DNA of 64,000 bases from an uncultured virus (IMG/VR IMGVR_UViG_3300048503_000069) (Duplodnaviria; Heunggongvirae; Uroviricota; Caudoviricetes). The stretch lies in the IMG/VR virus record IMGVR_UViG_3300048503_000069. One strand, given 5' to 3'. The notes beneath the pieces are model-generated. The model was not told where the DNA came from, ran no database searches, and saw only the letters and a program-made list of their open reading frames with translations. Each line of letters opens with the position of its first letter. Position 1 is the stretch's first letter. Positions 54,815 through 64,000 of this stretch are shown here, one piece after another. Made by a program: the position numbers and the translations under genes.

Positions 54815-55213
54815 ATGTGCTATGTAATGAAACCAATTGTAATTAGTGAAATAACGTATCGTAAAATGAATGAACTAAAAATAGAATTATTCTCGAAAAG
54901 AGGCGTACAATATACTTTTGATAGGCTTATACGAGAATCCATTGGGTTACCACCGGATGAAGTCGATGCGCGTAAAAGAGGGAGTAAAACGTATTTTATT
55001 CTATGCGATAATTTTATAAAAGTTGGTAGTTCCGATGACCCTAAATCGCGCCGTACGCTGTTACAATGTGGTAATCCTTATAAGTTACATTTATTAAAAG
55101 TAGTTGAAGAGGATATTGAAAAAGAAGTTCAAGAAAAATTCTATCATCTAAGAACTAACGGTGAATGGTTCTACTACGATGATAAATTAAAAGAGTTTGT
55201 TGAGAGTATCTAA
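54815..55213 (+). CDS. GIY-YIG (T5orf172-like) nuclease
   Basis: YFI..IKVGSS..LQCGNPY..GEWF. Confidence 0.78.
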   Translation: MCYVMKPIVISEITYRKMNELKIELFSKRGVQYTFDRLIRESIGLPPDEVDARKRGSKTYFILCDNFIKVGSSDDPKSRRTLLQCGNPYKLHLLKVVEEDIEKEVQEKFYHLRTNGEWFYYDDKLKEFVESI

Positions 55214-55555
55214 CATAGTTATATATAGTTAAACATAGTATAACATATTGTCGAAAGACAAAACGAGCGGCGCTCGAGCGTGAAATCGAGCGCGGTCAAT
55301 TTAGGAGACGATGGAGGGTGCTATAGATGACGCACGTGGTAACGGAAAAAGTGACATACAAACCAAATAAGACAAAACGAAATTGGGACGGTCTACCGTA
55401 TCTAGAAGGACATTTTAAGCTCAGCGACGGCACGAATACGAAGTTCGCAGTCACGCACGAACAAAGCTGGCATCAATGGGGCAACTCGTATGATAACCTA
55501 GGAGTTACCATTGATAGAATCGAAGAACTAGAAGCAAAGTTACACGAGGGATATT

Positions 55556-55837
55556 ATGGATGAAACGGCTAAGAGACTATTAGACACGTTAAAAGAAACG
55601 ACTAAGAAAACAAAAAAGTTCAACGATGATATACGAACGTATTCGGTGGAACTCGATGAGGTACACGAATACACCAACCATATCATCGCGAACTACAAAC
55701 GAGAGATAAGTTTAGTAGTAAATGAATACGGTAAACCAGCGTTCGCTAATCCTGACTCGCGAGAAGGCGAGCTACAGCATCGACTCGATAACAACGAACA
55801 TTACGAAAGCTATCTAAATAAAACGAAGAAAGTTAAC
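55556..55837 (+). pseudogene. Coiled-coil gene interrupted by the IS insertion
   Basis: ORF runs into the IS left end at TTAAC. Confidence 0.6.
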
Positions 55838-55930
55838 GTTTCAGGTGGGAAGTCTACTTGCGAAAGCTGGTAGATGAGAGCCGTTCTTATACACCATAAA
55901 GTTTATAGTTCTATAAAACAATGATAAACT

Positions 55931-56326
55931 ATGAAATATCAACTGAGCAAAGGCGCTCATTCAGTCTATGCACTCCAATACCACTTTGTTCAGTGTGTAA
56001 AATACCGGCGAAACGCTCTTGCTAACTCAGAAGTCGTGGCACTACTCAAAGACAAGATACACGAAATAAGCGAGACGTTTGAGGTCGATGTGCTGAACAT
56101 AGAAGCCGATAAAAACCACTTTCATATGATATTCGCAGCGAAGCCAACGCTTGACATTCCACGATACATCAACGCGCTAAAGACAATAACATCGAGAGAG
56201 ATACGGCGAAACTTCCCCGAAGTCAAAGAAACGCTGAAACGGGGGACGTTCTGGTCTCGCTCGTATTTCCTAGCTACTACAGGACAAGTGACACTCGATA
56301 AGCTGAAACACTACGTTGAGAGTTAG
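55931..56326 (+). CDS. tnpA: Y1 HUH transposase
   Basis: YHFVQCVKYRR, NHFHM, FWSRSYF, HYVE. Confidence 0.95.
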   Translation: MKYQLSKGAHSVYALQYHFVQCVKYRRNALANSEVVALLKDKIHEISETFEVDVLNIEADKNHFHMIFAAKPTLDIPRYINALKTITSREIRRNFPEVKETLKRGTFWSRSYFLATTGQVTLDKLKHYVES

Positions 56327-56331
56327 GGACG

Positions 56332-57432
56332 ATGAATAAAGTCTTTCGTTATAGGCTGTATCCGACCGCACACCAAGAAACGGTGATGAAGCAAACGCTT
56401 GAGCTGTGCAGATGGGTCTATAACGAAACACTGGCAACACGGCGCAACGCGTATGAAGCAACAAAAGACTTCCCATATTCTCGACACGTTTTGTATTCTC
56501 GATACGACACGCAAAAACTACTGTTGCTCTGGAAACAAGAACGACAGATACCTGTGTATTCTCAGGTGCTCCAAGAAGTTCAATATCGAGTAGACTTAGC
56601 CTTCAAAGCATTTTTCCGGCGGGTAAAAGCTGGAGAGAAAGCAGGATACCCGCGTTTCAAAGGTAGGGGCTGGTGTGATTCATTCACTTACCCACAGTCA
56701 GGTTTTGCTCTCACAGGTTCAACGCTACAGTTGTCAAAGATAGGTGATGTCAAAATCAAACTACACAGACCGATAGAGGGCGAGATAAAGCGGCTTAACA
56801 TAAAGCGCAGTTCAACAGGGAAGTGGTTTGCGTGTTTCACTGTTGACGGTTGGAGAGAGATACAAATAGCACCTAACAATGCTGCGGTTGGTGTTGATGT
56901 TGGCATAAATTCGTTTGCCACACTGTCAACTGGTGAACACATAGACAACCCACGTTTCTTTAGAGCTGAAGAAAAACAGTTAGCGAAAGCGCAGCGAAAT
57001 AAGGCAAAGAAGGTAATTCCGAAGATACACGAACGCATAGCGAACAAGCGGAGTAACTTCGCTCACCAGTTAAGCAGAAAGCTTGTCGATACATACGGCA
57101 TCATCGCCTTCGAGGACTTGAATATCAAAGGGATGATGCAAAACAGCCACCTAGCAAAGTCAATAGGCGATGTGGCGTGGAGTCAGTTCATCACATTCAC
57201 GAAGAACAAAGCTGAGAACGCTGGTTCAGTAGTGGTGATGGTTGACGCAAAGAATACAACTCAAGAATGTTCGAGATGTGGTCAGATAGTTCATAAAGAG
57301 CTGAAAGACCGCGTTCATTCGTGTGACTGCGGACTTGTCTTAGATAGAGATGAGAACGCGGCTAAGAACATACTCGGTCGTGGGCTAGCGACCGTTCGTG
57401 GAAACACGATAGAAGCTGCTTGCGTAAGCTAG
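56332..57432 (+). CDS. tnpB: RNA-guided nuclease TnpB
   Basis: RuvC GVDVG, AFEDL, DRDENAA; Zn finger CSRCG/CDCG. Confidence 0.96.
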   Translation: MNKVFRYRLYPTAHQETVMKQTLELCRWVYNETLATRRNAYEATKDFPYSRHVLYSRYDTQKLLLLWKQERQIPVYSQVLQEVQYRVDLAFKAFFRRVKAGEKAGYPRFKGRGWCDSFTYPQSGFALTGSTLQLSKIGDVKIKLHRPIEGEIKRLNIKRSSTGKWFACFTVDGWREIQIAPNNAAVGVDVGINSFATLSTGEHIDNPRFFRAEEKQLAKAQRNKAKKVIPKIHERIANKRSNFAHQLSRKLVDTYGIIAFEDLNIKGMMQNSHLAKSIGDVAWSQFITFTKNKAENAGSVVVMVDAKNTTQECSRCGQIVHKELKDRVHSCDCGLVLDRDENAAKNILGRGLATVRGNTIEAACVS

Positions 57433-57561
57433 TAGAGTAGTCACTGTCGAACTCGATGCGATAGAGATGAGAACGCGGCTAAGAACATACTCGGTCGTGG
57501 GCTAGCGACCGTTCGTGGAAACACGATAGAAGCTGCTTGCGTAAGCTAGTAGAGTAGTCAC
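57343..57561 (+). repeat. Perfect 102-bp direct repeat of tnpB 3' end/right end, separated by 15 nt
   Basis: 57343-57444 equals 57460-57561; spacer tgtcgaactcgatgc. Confidence 0.93.
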
Positions 57562-57900
57562 GGAGTGATGTAAAATGATAAAAGAAGTACCAAAGAAAAC
57601 GAAAGAATACGCACAGGACTATGTATCTATTATAATTCTCTCATTTATGGCGGTGGGGCTATTTATAGTCGAAATCGTCGGCGGAGAGAAACCCGTATCG
57701 AAGAAGAATAACGGAAAGAAGCATCTAAGAATATTCTAACGGTGAAACAAAAATGATAAAAAGAAGTGGATACTACTCAACGTTTCGTCTACAACTCGAC
57801 GAAAATGTAGGACTCGCGCTCTATGACGCCGCGAATAAGCATAACGTAACGCCGGACTATTATATCGAGAATTTACTCGATTCGTTGTTAAGGTAATATC

Positions 57901-58395
57901 ATGAAAAAAGTGATTATAGCCGCTCTAAGTGTTGCGCTCGTTGCGATATTTCTAACGGGTGCGGTATCGGCTCAGACACAGGTTAATACCTCTGTCACGC
58001 AGACTATTATCCAGAAGCAAGTGATTAACGGCTGTAACGTTAAGCCAAAGCCGAGAATTGCGACATCAATCTACGGTAATCCTATGTTTAACGCGAATCC
58101 GACCGTTGTATACAATAGAGCATCTGTAGGATGGGGATTCGAGGTCGTTCCAACGGGACAAGCGAAGGTACTCTCCGTTCCGGTTACCGTAACCGTGGAT
58201 AGCTCAATATACTGGTGGACGCAGGGTAAAGTTACACAAGTAAAGGGCGGAACTGAAACGATTGCGTTTACGTTGCCAGCGAAATCAACGGCGTGTCTCG
58301 CTCTCGGTAAGCACACGCTTATCGTGAAGTTCGCAGGTAATAGTCAATACGCACCGTCGACCGCGACATTTAACTTTTGGGTTCTAAAGCAATGA
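57901..58395 (+). CDS. Secreted protein with Ig-like domain
   Basis: Signal peptide; GKHTLIVKFAGNSQYAPS. Confidence 0.7.
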   Translation: MKKVIIAALSVALVAIFLTGAVSAQTQVNTSVTQTIIQKQVINGCNVKPKPRIATSIYGNPMFNANPTVVYNRASVGWGFEVVPTGQAKVLSVPVTVTVDSSIYWWTQGKVTQVKGGTETIAFTLPAKSTACLALGKHTLIVKFAGNSQYAPSTATFNFWVLKQ

Positions 58396-60339
58396 ACGTG
58401 GAAGGTACTTTAGACTTAGAAAAGTGTGGGTATTTGCGTCAGTCTAAAATCGGAGACTGTTGGGACACCTGTACGTTTAAATTATGCACCCTACTACGCG
58501 TAAATCCCGCGAAGAAAGTAGACTATAGCGCCAAAAAAGGCGCGTATGAACTGTACAAACAAAAAGAATGAGTGTAAGCATAAAAGAGATAGTCGCTATT
58601 ATCGTCGGCTATGCAATAGTTATCGTGGCGTTTAGCATCGTAAATAATACGAACCTAGAACTAGCCACGATACTAGCGATAATGATTTCGCTCTTTTACC
58701 TACAGATGAGAACGGAATACGTGGAGTAGAGAAAAATGCCATTAGATAGGCGCGAGAAGATATGCGTCGCGAGACGTCACGGACTTTTAGCCGATAAATA
58801 TCGGCTTAGAACACTACAAAAAGAAATTGACCATGAGAGAAGAGAACTAGCTCGACACTGTAATAAGAACATACGGAGGAATTAACATATGTTAAGTAGC
58901 TGGTTAGAAAGAACCGTACAACTCTTTCTTGTTAATAAGGGCGGTATGGACGTTAAGTTAAGAAATTATAACGACGACGGTATAATGGTAGAACACGAGA
59001 AGGGGCAAGACTTTGTCCCATATAGTGCAATTCTACTAATGCGACTTCGTAATGAAGAGAAAAAACCGGGAAGAAACTTTGAACGGTTCTCTAATGAAGC
59101 GGAAAAAGAAGACAGCAACGCTTGATGAGCGTGTCGCCGCGTTCGTGAAAGAAGAATACTCGTGGGCGAAAAAATATTCAATCGAAGGTTGTAATGGGGC
59201 CTATCTAATTACGTTATCCTTCTATGCCGGAACCCCGAGGATAATTCGAATCACGACGAGTAATAATAAAATAGATAGTGTGGAGGAATTATGAGTAACC
59301 GAAATAAACAGCGACAAATAGTGATTCACGATAGCACATACTTCGCGCTTCTCGATGTGCGACTTAGGTTATCGAAAAATTTAAAACGTAGTGCAACGTT
59401 TAATGAAGCGATACAGGAGGCACTTAGGTTAGCGTATGATGTGCGATTTGAATAGGTAATTAGAGATGAGTAATAATCTTATAATGTGCGAAACCTGCGA
59501 GCACTATGATAACACGAGCTTAGGGGGTTTAGTCTTCTGCTCGTGTCCCCCCGGCTCTACGGTACTATTTGATTGCCTCGATTGTCCGTATTATACAAAG
59601 GTAAAAAAATGACGAATCCGTATATATGTGCAGAATGTAACCAGAAGATAGACATTTGTGAGTCTCATTTCGCATCAAAAACGCAACGATGGCATAAAAA
59701 GTGTTATAAAAAGAAAAATGGGGTAAAAACTTGAACGAAGAACCAACGATTGAAGAGCGCGTGACGCAGCTCGAGATAGCGATGATAGAACTACAACAGG
59801 CGTTTAATAACTTAGTTCAATTAGCTGTTAGAACGAAAGAAGAAGAAGAGGAACCATCTATGCGCGCGAGCGTAGGTCATAGAGGCCCGGCTCGATGCAA
59901 GAACGAAGAATCGTTAAATAACGGTCATCTTTGTATATGGGGCTTTAATCTCCCAACGAAGCTTGACTGTCACGAGTGCATTGGATGATGAAGTGTAAGA
60001 ACTGCGGACACCTTAAACAAACGTCTAAAGACGCCGTGTGCGACATTAATCGAGAACCCGATGAGTTTAATTGTTGTCCTAAGTTTTTTAATGGCTATAT
60101 TAATCGAGTTTTAACGGGTGAATAAAAATGCTATGGTTTTATGATTTACTTATAATAATAGGCATAGCTATTATAATAGACGGCATAGGTAGCGCGCTTG
60201 TACAGGGTGGACAATATCATACTCTCTGGTTTGATGGTGAGCGATATGCGCGAGCCGCAGCGGGTGTTGCTATAATAGTTCTCGCGATGTATGCTGGTTA
60301 CGTAAACTAAATAACGATATAGCCACTAATAACGAAACG

Positions 60340-60831
60340 TTGATAAACTTTAAACCTAAGCCGTGTAAGAGCTGCGAAGTAGTATTTATTCCTCGCGGTA
60401 ATAACCAGAAGTATTGTGACGCGTGCGCGAAAGAAGTTAAACTGATTAGTAATAGACGCAACGAGCTTAAGTATAGACTTAACCACCCCACTGAAAAACG
60501 CGTAAGAGATAGTAACTATTATCAAACGCATAAAGAAGAAAAACTTGCTCGTGGAAACGAAAGGCGGCGCTTGTTAAGGATTAAAGTTCTTTCTCATTAC
60601 GCTAACGGTACGCCAAAATGTGCGTGTTGTGGCGAATCTCATATTCAATTTTTAGGGATAGACCATATAGACGGTAATGGTGGAAAACATAAAGCTACAA
60701 TAAAAAGACCCGGTAATCAATTCTATAGTTGGTTAAAGAAGAATAATTTTCCAAGTGGCTTTCGGGTTTTATGTCATAATTGTAATCTATCTTTAGGATT
60801 CTACGGTTTTTGTCCCCACCAACAAAGGTGA
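60340..60831 (+). CDS. Zn-finger HNH endonuclease, family A
   Basis: CACCGESHIQFLGIDH..CHNCN..YGFCPH. Confidence 0.85.
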   Translation: MINFKPKPCKSCEVVFIPRGNNQKYCDACAKEVKLISNRRNELKYRLNHPTEKRVRDSNYYQTHKEEKLARGNERRRLLRIKVLSHYANGTPKCACCGESHIQFLGIDHIDGNGGKHKATIKRPGNQFYSWLKKNNFPSGFRVLCHNCNLSLGFYGFCPHQQR

Positions 60832-60886
60832 TGTGGCTACAAGCGGTAGCGAACGCTTAAAAGCTCTCGCAAGCTTTTAATACACG

Positions 60887-62308
60887 GTGGCACAATCCGC
60901 TCAGCGAACGCTATTTAGACGACTTGCCGATAGTGTAACTTTTAGACAACGAGCAGGTATTCAACAACTAAATCAAACGCCGAGTAGCGACCAAGACGTT
61001 CTCGCGCGAATCGTTGGCGACCAAGTTACTGCTTCTATAAAGCGAGATATTCCCGCGTATCTAAAAGCATTTGCCGAACTACCGTGGTTACGAACCTCGG
61101 TGACAAAGGTAGCTAATTCTATTGCTCAGAACGATTGGGACATTCGTTTTGTTCGACGCGAGCCGAGCAAAACCGGCGGCATGGACGTCATAGAAGAAGA
61201 GCCACAGAACGTTATCCCGCTTCAAGATTTTATTAATAATCCTAATTCTAATTTTAGCTTTCAACAGCTTATTTGGCTTACGCAGGTCTATTTAGAACTC
61301 GTTGGCGAAGCGTTTTGGTGGATGGTGCCAATACAGAGCGTAGTACAAGCGTATCCTATCTCGCCCGGTAAAGTAGTTAGAACACCGACCGCTGATGAGG
61401 CGTTTTTTACTATTTCGGGGCCGAAGGGCGAATTTAGAATCGATATGGATGAGATGATATGGTTCGCTCATCTAGACCCGGCCGACCCGTATTCTCGAGG
61501 CGTAGGTTTAGCACAATCACTTTCTCACGACCTCGACACTGACGACGCTGCTTCTCGTTATGTATTAAGCTACTTTAATAATCAAGCTCGGCCACCACTG
61601 CTCATTTATGGGGAAGGGCTTAACGCAGAACGGGTGAGACAGCTCGAAGACGATTGGAACTTACAGCATCAGGGCTTTTGGAACGCTGGTAAAGTTCGGT
61701 TCTTAAGTCGAAAAGTCGAGATTAAAGAACTAAGTCAAAAGTTCGAAGGCGCGGATATTGTAAATCTACGACAGCATCAAAGAGACGTCGTAGCTTCAGT
61801 TATTGGCGTACCGCCTGAGATACTTGGTATTCTTCAGTCGTCGAATCGAGCAACTATAGATGCAGCCGACCTTTTCTTTTCTCGTTACACGCTTCGACCC
61901 CGACTTGACTTTTTACAAGAAGTTCTTAATAAACAATTAATCCCCCGGTTTGACGACACTGGCGAATTAGTAATGCTCTACGTTAATCCGGTGCAAAAGG
62001 ATAAAGACATAATTCTAAAAGCGGCTCGATTTATGCCGAGTGCGCTTATGATTGACGAATGGCGAGCATTAATGGAATACGACCCGTTACCCGATGGAGA
62101 TGGTGAATGTTTCGTTGTACCAATTAACGTGCAGGTTCTCTCTAGTCTAAAGAAAGGCATTGTGCAGGTTCCGGCCGTCGCGCCACCACCGCAAGCCGGT
62201 AAAGAGGCATATGGTGAGACTCAAACGCCGTTCGGAAAGATTCGCGGTAAGAAGACGAAGCGACTCCGCGATTTAGAACGATACACACGACGACCGAGGA
62301 AACAATAA
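60887..62308 (+). CDS. HK97-family portal protein
   Basis: NPN..LELVGEAFW, YFNNQARP, IGVPPEILG, IDEWR..PLPDGDG. Confidence 0.9.
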   Translation: MAQSAQRTLFRRLADSVTFRQRAGIQQLNQTPSSDQDVLARIVGDQVTASIKRDIPAYLKAFAELPWLRTSVTKVANSIAQNDWDIRFVRREPSKTGGMDVIEEEPQNVIPLQDFINNPNSNFSFQQLIWLTQVYLELVGEAFWWMVPIQSVVQAYPISPGKVVRTPTADEAFFTISGPKGEFRIDMDEMIWFAHLDPADPYSRGVGLAQSLSHDLDTDDAASRYVLSYFNNQARPPLLIYGEGLNAERVRQLEDDWNLQHQGFWNAGKVRFLSRKVEIKELSQKFEGADIVNLRQHQRDVVASVIGVPPEILGILQSSNRATIDAADLFFSRYTLRPRLDFLQEVLNKQLIPRFDDTGELVMLYVNPVQKDKDIILKAARFMPSALMIDEWRALMEYDPLPDGDGECFVVPINVQVLSSLKKGIVQVPAVAPPPQAGKEAYGETQTPFGKIRGKKTKRLRDLERYTRRPRKQ

Positions 62309-62548
62309 TGCCTACAAAATTGCCAATTATCACCTTAATGCCGCCCGACCACTGCGCTAACTGTAAAACGTCGTGGTTTAACGACGACGGTTCATCAAAA
62401 CGATTTACATTATTTGGAACTCCCGAACATCTAAAGTGGCTCTGTAATCCGTGTTTTATAAAGCTTGCAACGCTCGAGAAAGAAGAGCAGAACAAGTTAA
62501 TCGACGTGAAGTTGCTGCCTAACGATAATACCTAACGGCGGTGGAATT

Positions 62549-63160
62549 ATGGAAGACTTAAAGAGGGACGTTAAGGCCGTTAAAACCGAACTTGACGCGG
62601 AACTTAAGAAAATTAATGAGTTTAGTTCCAAGTTAGAAAAAAGTACCTCACTTATCGAAAGCATACGCGACGAACAAAAGCACGTTTCGCTTGTGCATAA
62701 AGAAGAATTAGGCGCCATGGAAAACTGCGTGAAACAGTGTCAAATAAGCCTCGGTCAGCACGACGAGCGTCTTAAAGCGTACGAGGCAAACAGTATTCGA
62801 CAAAACGGCATTCTTAATAAGCTCGACGAAAAAATCGACGAGTTGGGTACGGATATTCACGGCATTGTAACAAAAGTCGACGCTATGGATTTAAACATAG
62901 CAAACCGGATGAACTCGATTGAGCGAAATGGCATAAAGCGAGAAAGCGCGACCGAAAAAGCAAGACTCGCCAGCGATGCAGCAACGAGAATAGCAACCAC
63001 GGAAGACATAGGCGAACTGCGTGCGGAGTTTATAAAACAAAACGCCGTAGAAACAAGCGCACTTCACTGGAAGATTATAGGCGCGCTTTCGTCACTTGCG
63101 TTCCTGTTTATTCTTGTATTTATTTCATATTCATTTCACGTATTTGGTGGATTACCCTAG
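62549..63160 (+). CDS. Coiled-coil protein with C-terminal TM helix
   Basis: Heptad-rich body, hydrophobic tail. Confidence 0.65.
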   Translation: MEDLKRDVKAVKTELDAELKKINEFSSKLEKSTSLIESIRDEQKHVSLVHKEELGAMENCVKQCQISLGQHDERLKAYEANSIRQNGILNKLDEKIDELGTDIHGIVTKVDAMDLNIANRMNSIERNGIKRESATEKARLASDAATRIATTEDIGELRAEFIKQNAVETSALHWKIIGALSSLAFLFILVFISYSFHVFGGLP

Positions 63161-63249
63161 CCACAACGGGGGTATGAATGATGTTAATTCATTTATTAGA
63201 GAAAAACGGCATCTCGCTAGAGCATAAGACTGACGATAAGAGGTAGGAC

Positions 63250-63684
63250 ATGAGCGATAGACGCGCGTATTATGTAGAATACTGGCAACTTAATAAAGAG
63301 AGAATACACGCGCGACAAAGAAGGTATCGTCAAGAAAACGCTGATAAGATACGAGAGCGAAACCGCGCGTATTATAATACTCATCCCGAAGTTTGCCATG
63401 CGATACTAAAGCGCGCTAATCATAAACGCAGAGTGAATAAAGCAGGCAATGGCGGTTCGTTTACATTCGACGAAGAAATGGAACTCTTCGCTTGGCAGCG
63501 CGGCGATTGTCATTACTGTGGTGAATTTTTGTACGTGGCTATGCCATATCACGTCGACCACAAAATCCCGATTTCTCGTGGTGGGTCGAATAATATTGAT
63601 AATATTGCGTTAACGTGTCCGTCTTGTAACCGTAGACAACATGCGAAGACGGAATTAGAATTTTTACAGGAGCTGGCTACATGA
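63250..63684 (+). CDS. HNH endonuclease, family B
   Basis: WQRGDCHYCG..HVDHKIPISRGGSN..C..CN. Confidence 0.88.
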   Translation: MSDRRAYYVEYWQLNKERIHARQRRYRQENADKIRERNRAYYNTHPEVCHAILKRANHKRRVNKAGNGGSFTFDEEMELFAWQRGDCHYCGEFLYVAMPYHVDHKIPISRGGSNNIDNIALTCPSCNRRQHAKTELEFLQELAT

Positions 63685-64000
63685 CACTTACAAAAGACGT
63701 GATTCAAGGCACGCCGCGTTTTAAGACGCTAAAACTATCGGAGGTTAAAGACGTTTCGACACCTAGTGCGATGCGTCTCGCTTTTACGATTAGTAACGAA
63801 GAGATAGACCGCGATGGCGATAGTTTAGACGCAAAAGGCTGGACGCTCGGGAACTATGTTAAAAACCCCGTCGTTATGTGGGCGCATCAGTACGATAAGT
63901 TGCCCGTTGGTAAAGCTATAAAAACTTGGGTAGATGTAGACGCGCTTAAATCCGTTGTTGAATTTACACCAGATGAACTTTATTTAGACGAGAAAGGTAA
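63681..64000 (+). CDS. HK97-type prohead protease (partial, runs off the window)
   Basis: Own translation: ISNEEIDRDGD..GW.LGNYVKNPVVMWAHQYDKLPVGK. Confidence 0.85.
   Translation, partial: MTLTKDVIQGTPRFKTLKLSEVKDVSTPSAMRLAFTISNEEIDRDGDSLDAKGWTLGNYVKNPVVMWAHQYDKLPVGKAIKTWVDVDALKSVVEFTPDELYLDEKG

Larger units (their letters stand above)
55838..57444 (+). mobile_element. Complete IS200/IS605 element (tnpA + tnpB), target TTAAC
   Basis: Left-end hairpin ctacttgcgaaagctggtag; right-end hairpin ctgcttgcgtaagctagtag ending in tcac. Confidence 0.9.
14971..64000. mobile_element. Tailed dsDNA virus genome segment (HK97-like), probably archaeal host
   Basis: Portal, prohead protease, MuF, terminase domains; dense co-oriented small ORFs; TATA promoters; GAGGTGA RBS; Hjc-like nuclease. 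Confidence 0.85.

Noticed and set aside
14971..64000. tRNA/rRNA genes or a prophage att site
   Set aside because: None recognised by eye; a tRNAscan-SE run would be needed to exclude them.

Overview
The window has two unrelated halves joined abruptly at ~14,970. Bases 1-14,970 are GC-rich bacterial chromosome, Acidobacteria-like by gene and repeat style (inference). They carry nadE, an M20 dipeptidase, a broken mobA, an MlaF-like ABC ATPase, a sugar transferase, four IS elements (IS701/IS4-like, IS1182, IS1634, truncated IS110) and REP-like hairpins. Bases ~14,971-64,000 are AT-richer, densely packed DNA of a tailed HK97-type virus, probably archaeal (TATA/BRE promoters, GGTGA-type RBS, leaderless genes, Hjc-like resolvase). 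It encodes a portal, prohead protease, MuF head protein, a split terminase, ParB, a DNA methylase, a glycosyltransferase plus nucleotide-sugar dehydrogenase, about 13 HNH/GIY-YIG nucleases and IS200/IS605 elements. The junction cuts through two transposon genes and is most likely an assembly chimera. Best novelty candidates: (1) a complete TnpA-TnpB element whose 102-bp omegaRNA/right end is perfectly duplicated with different flanking guides (two-unit proto-array); (2) seven consecutive small genes each preceded by an AAAAATCCGCG-type motif (cassette-like array); (3) intergenic hairpins with anti-Shine-Dalgarno loops, one 14/14 complementary to the RBS of a viral gene 3.7 kb away; (4) an ABC-ATPase/GNAT fusion across an A9 slippery site; (5) terminase halves 7 kb apart; (6) two hydrolases sharing one C-terminal binding module; (7) a recurrent TTAACANNTGTTAA operator. 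All family calls are by motif recognition; no searches were run.
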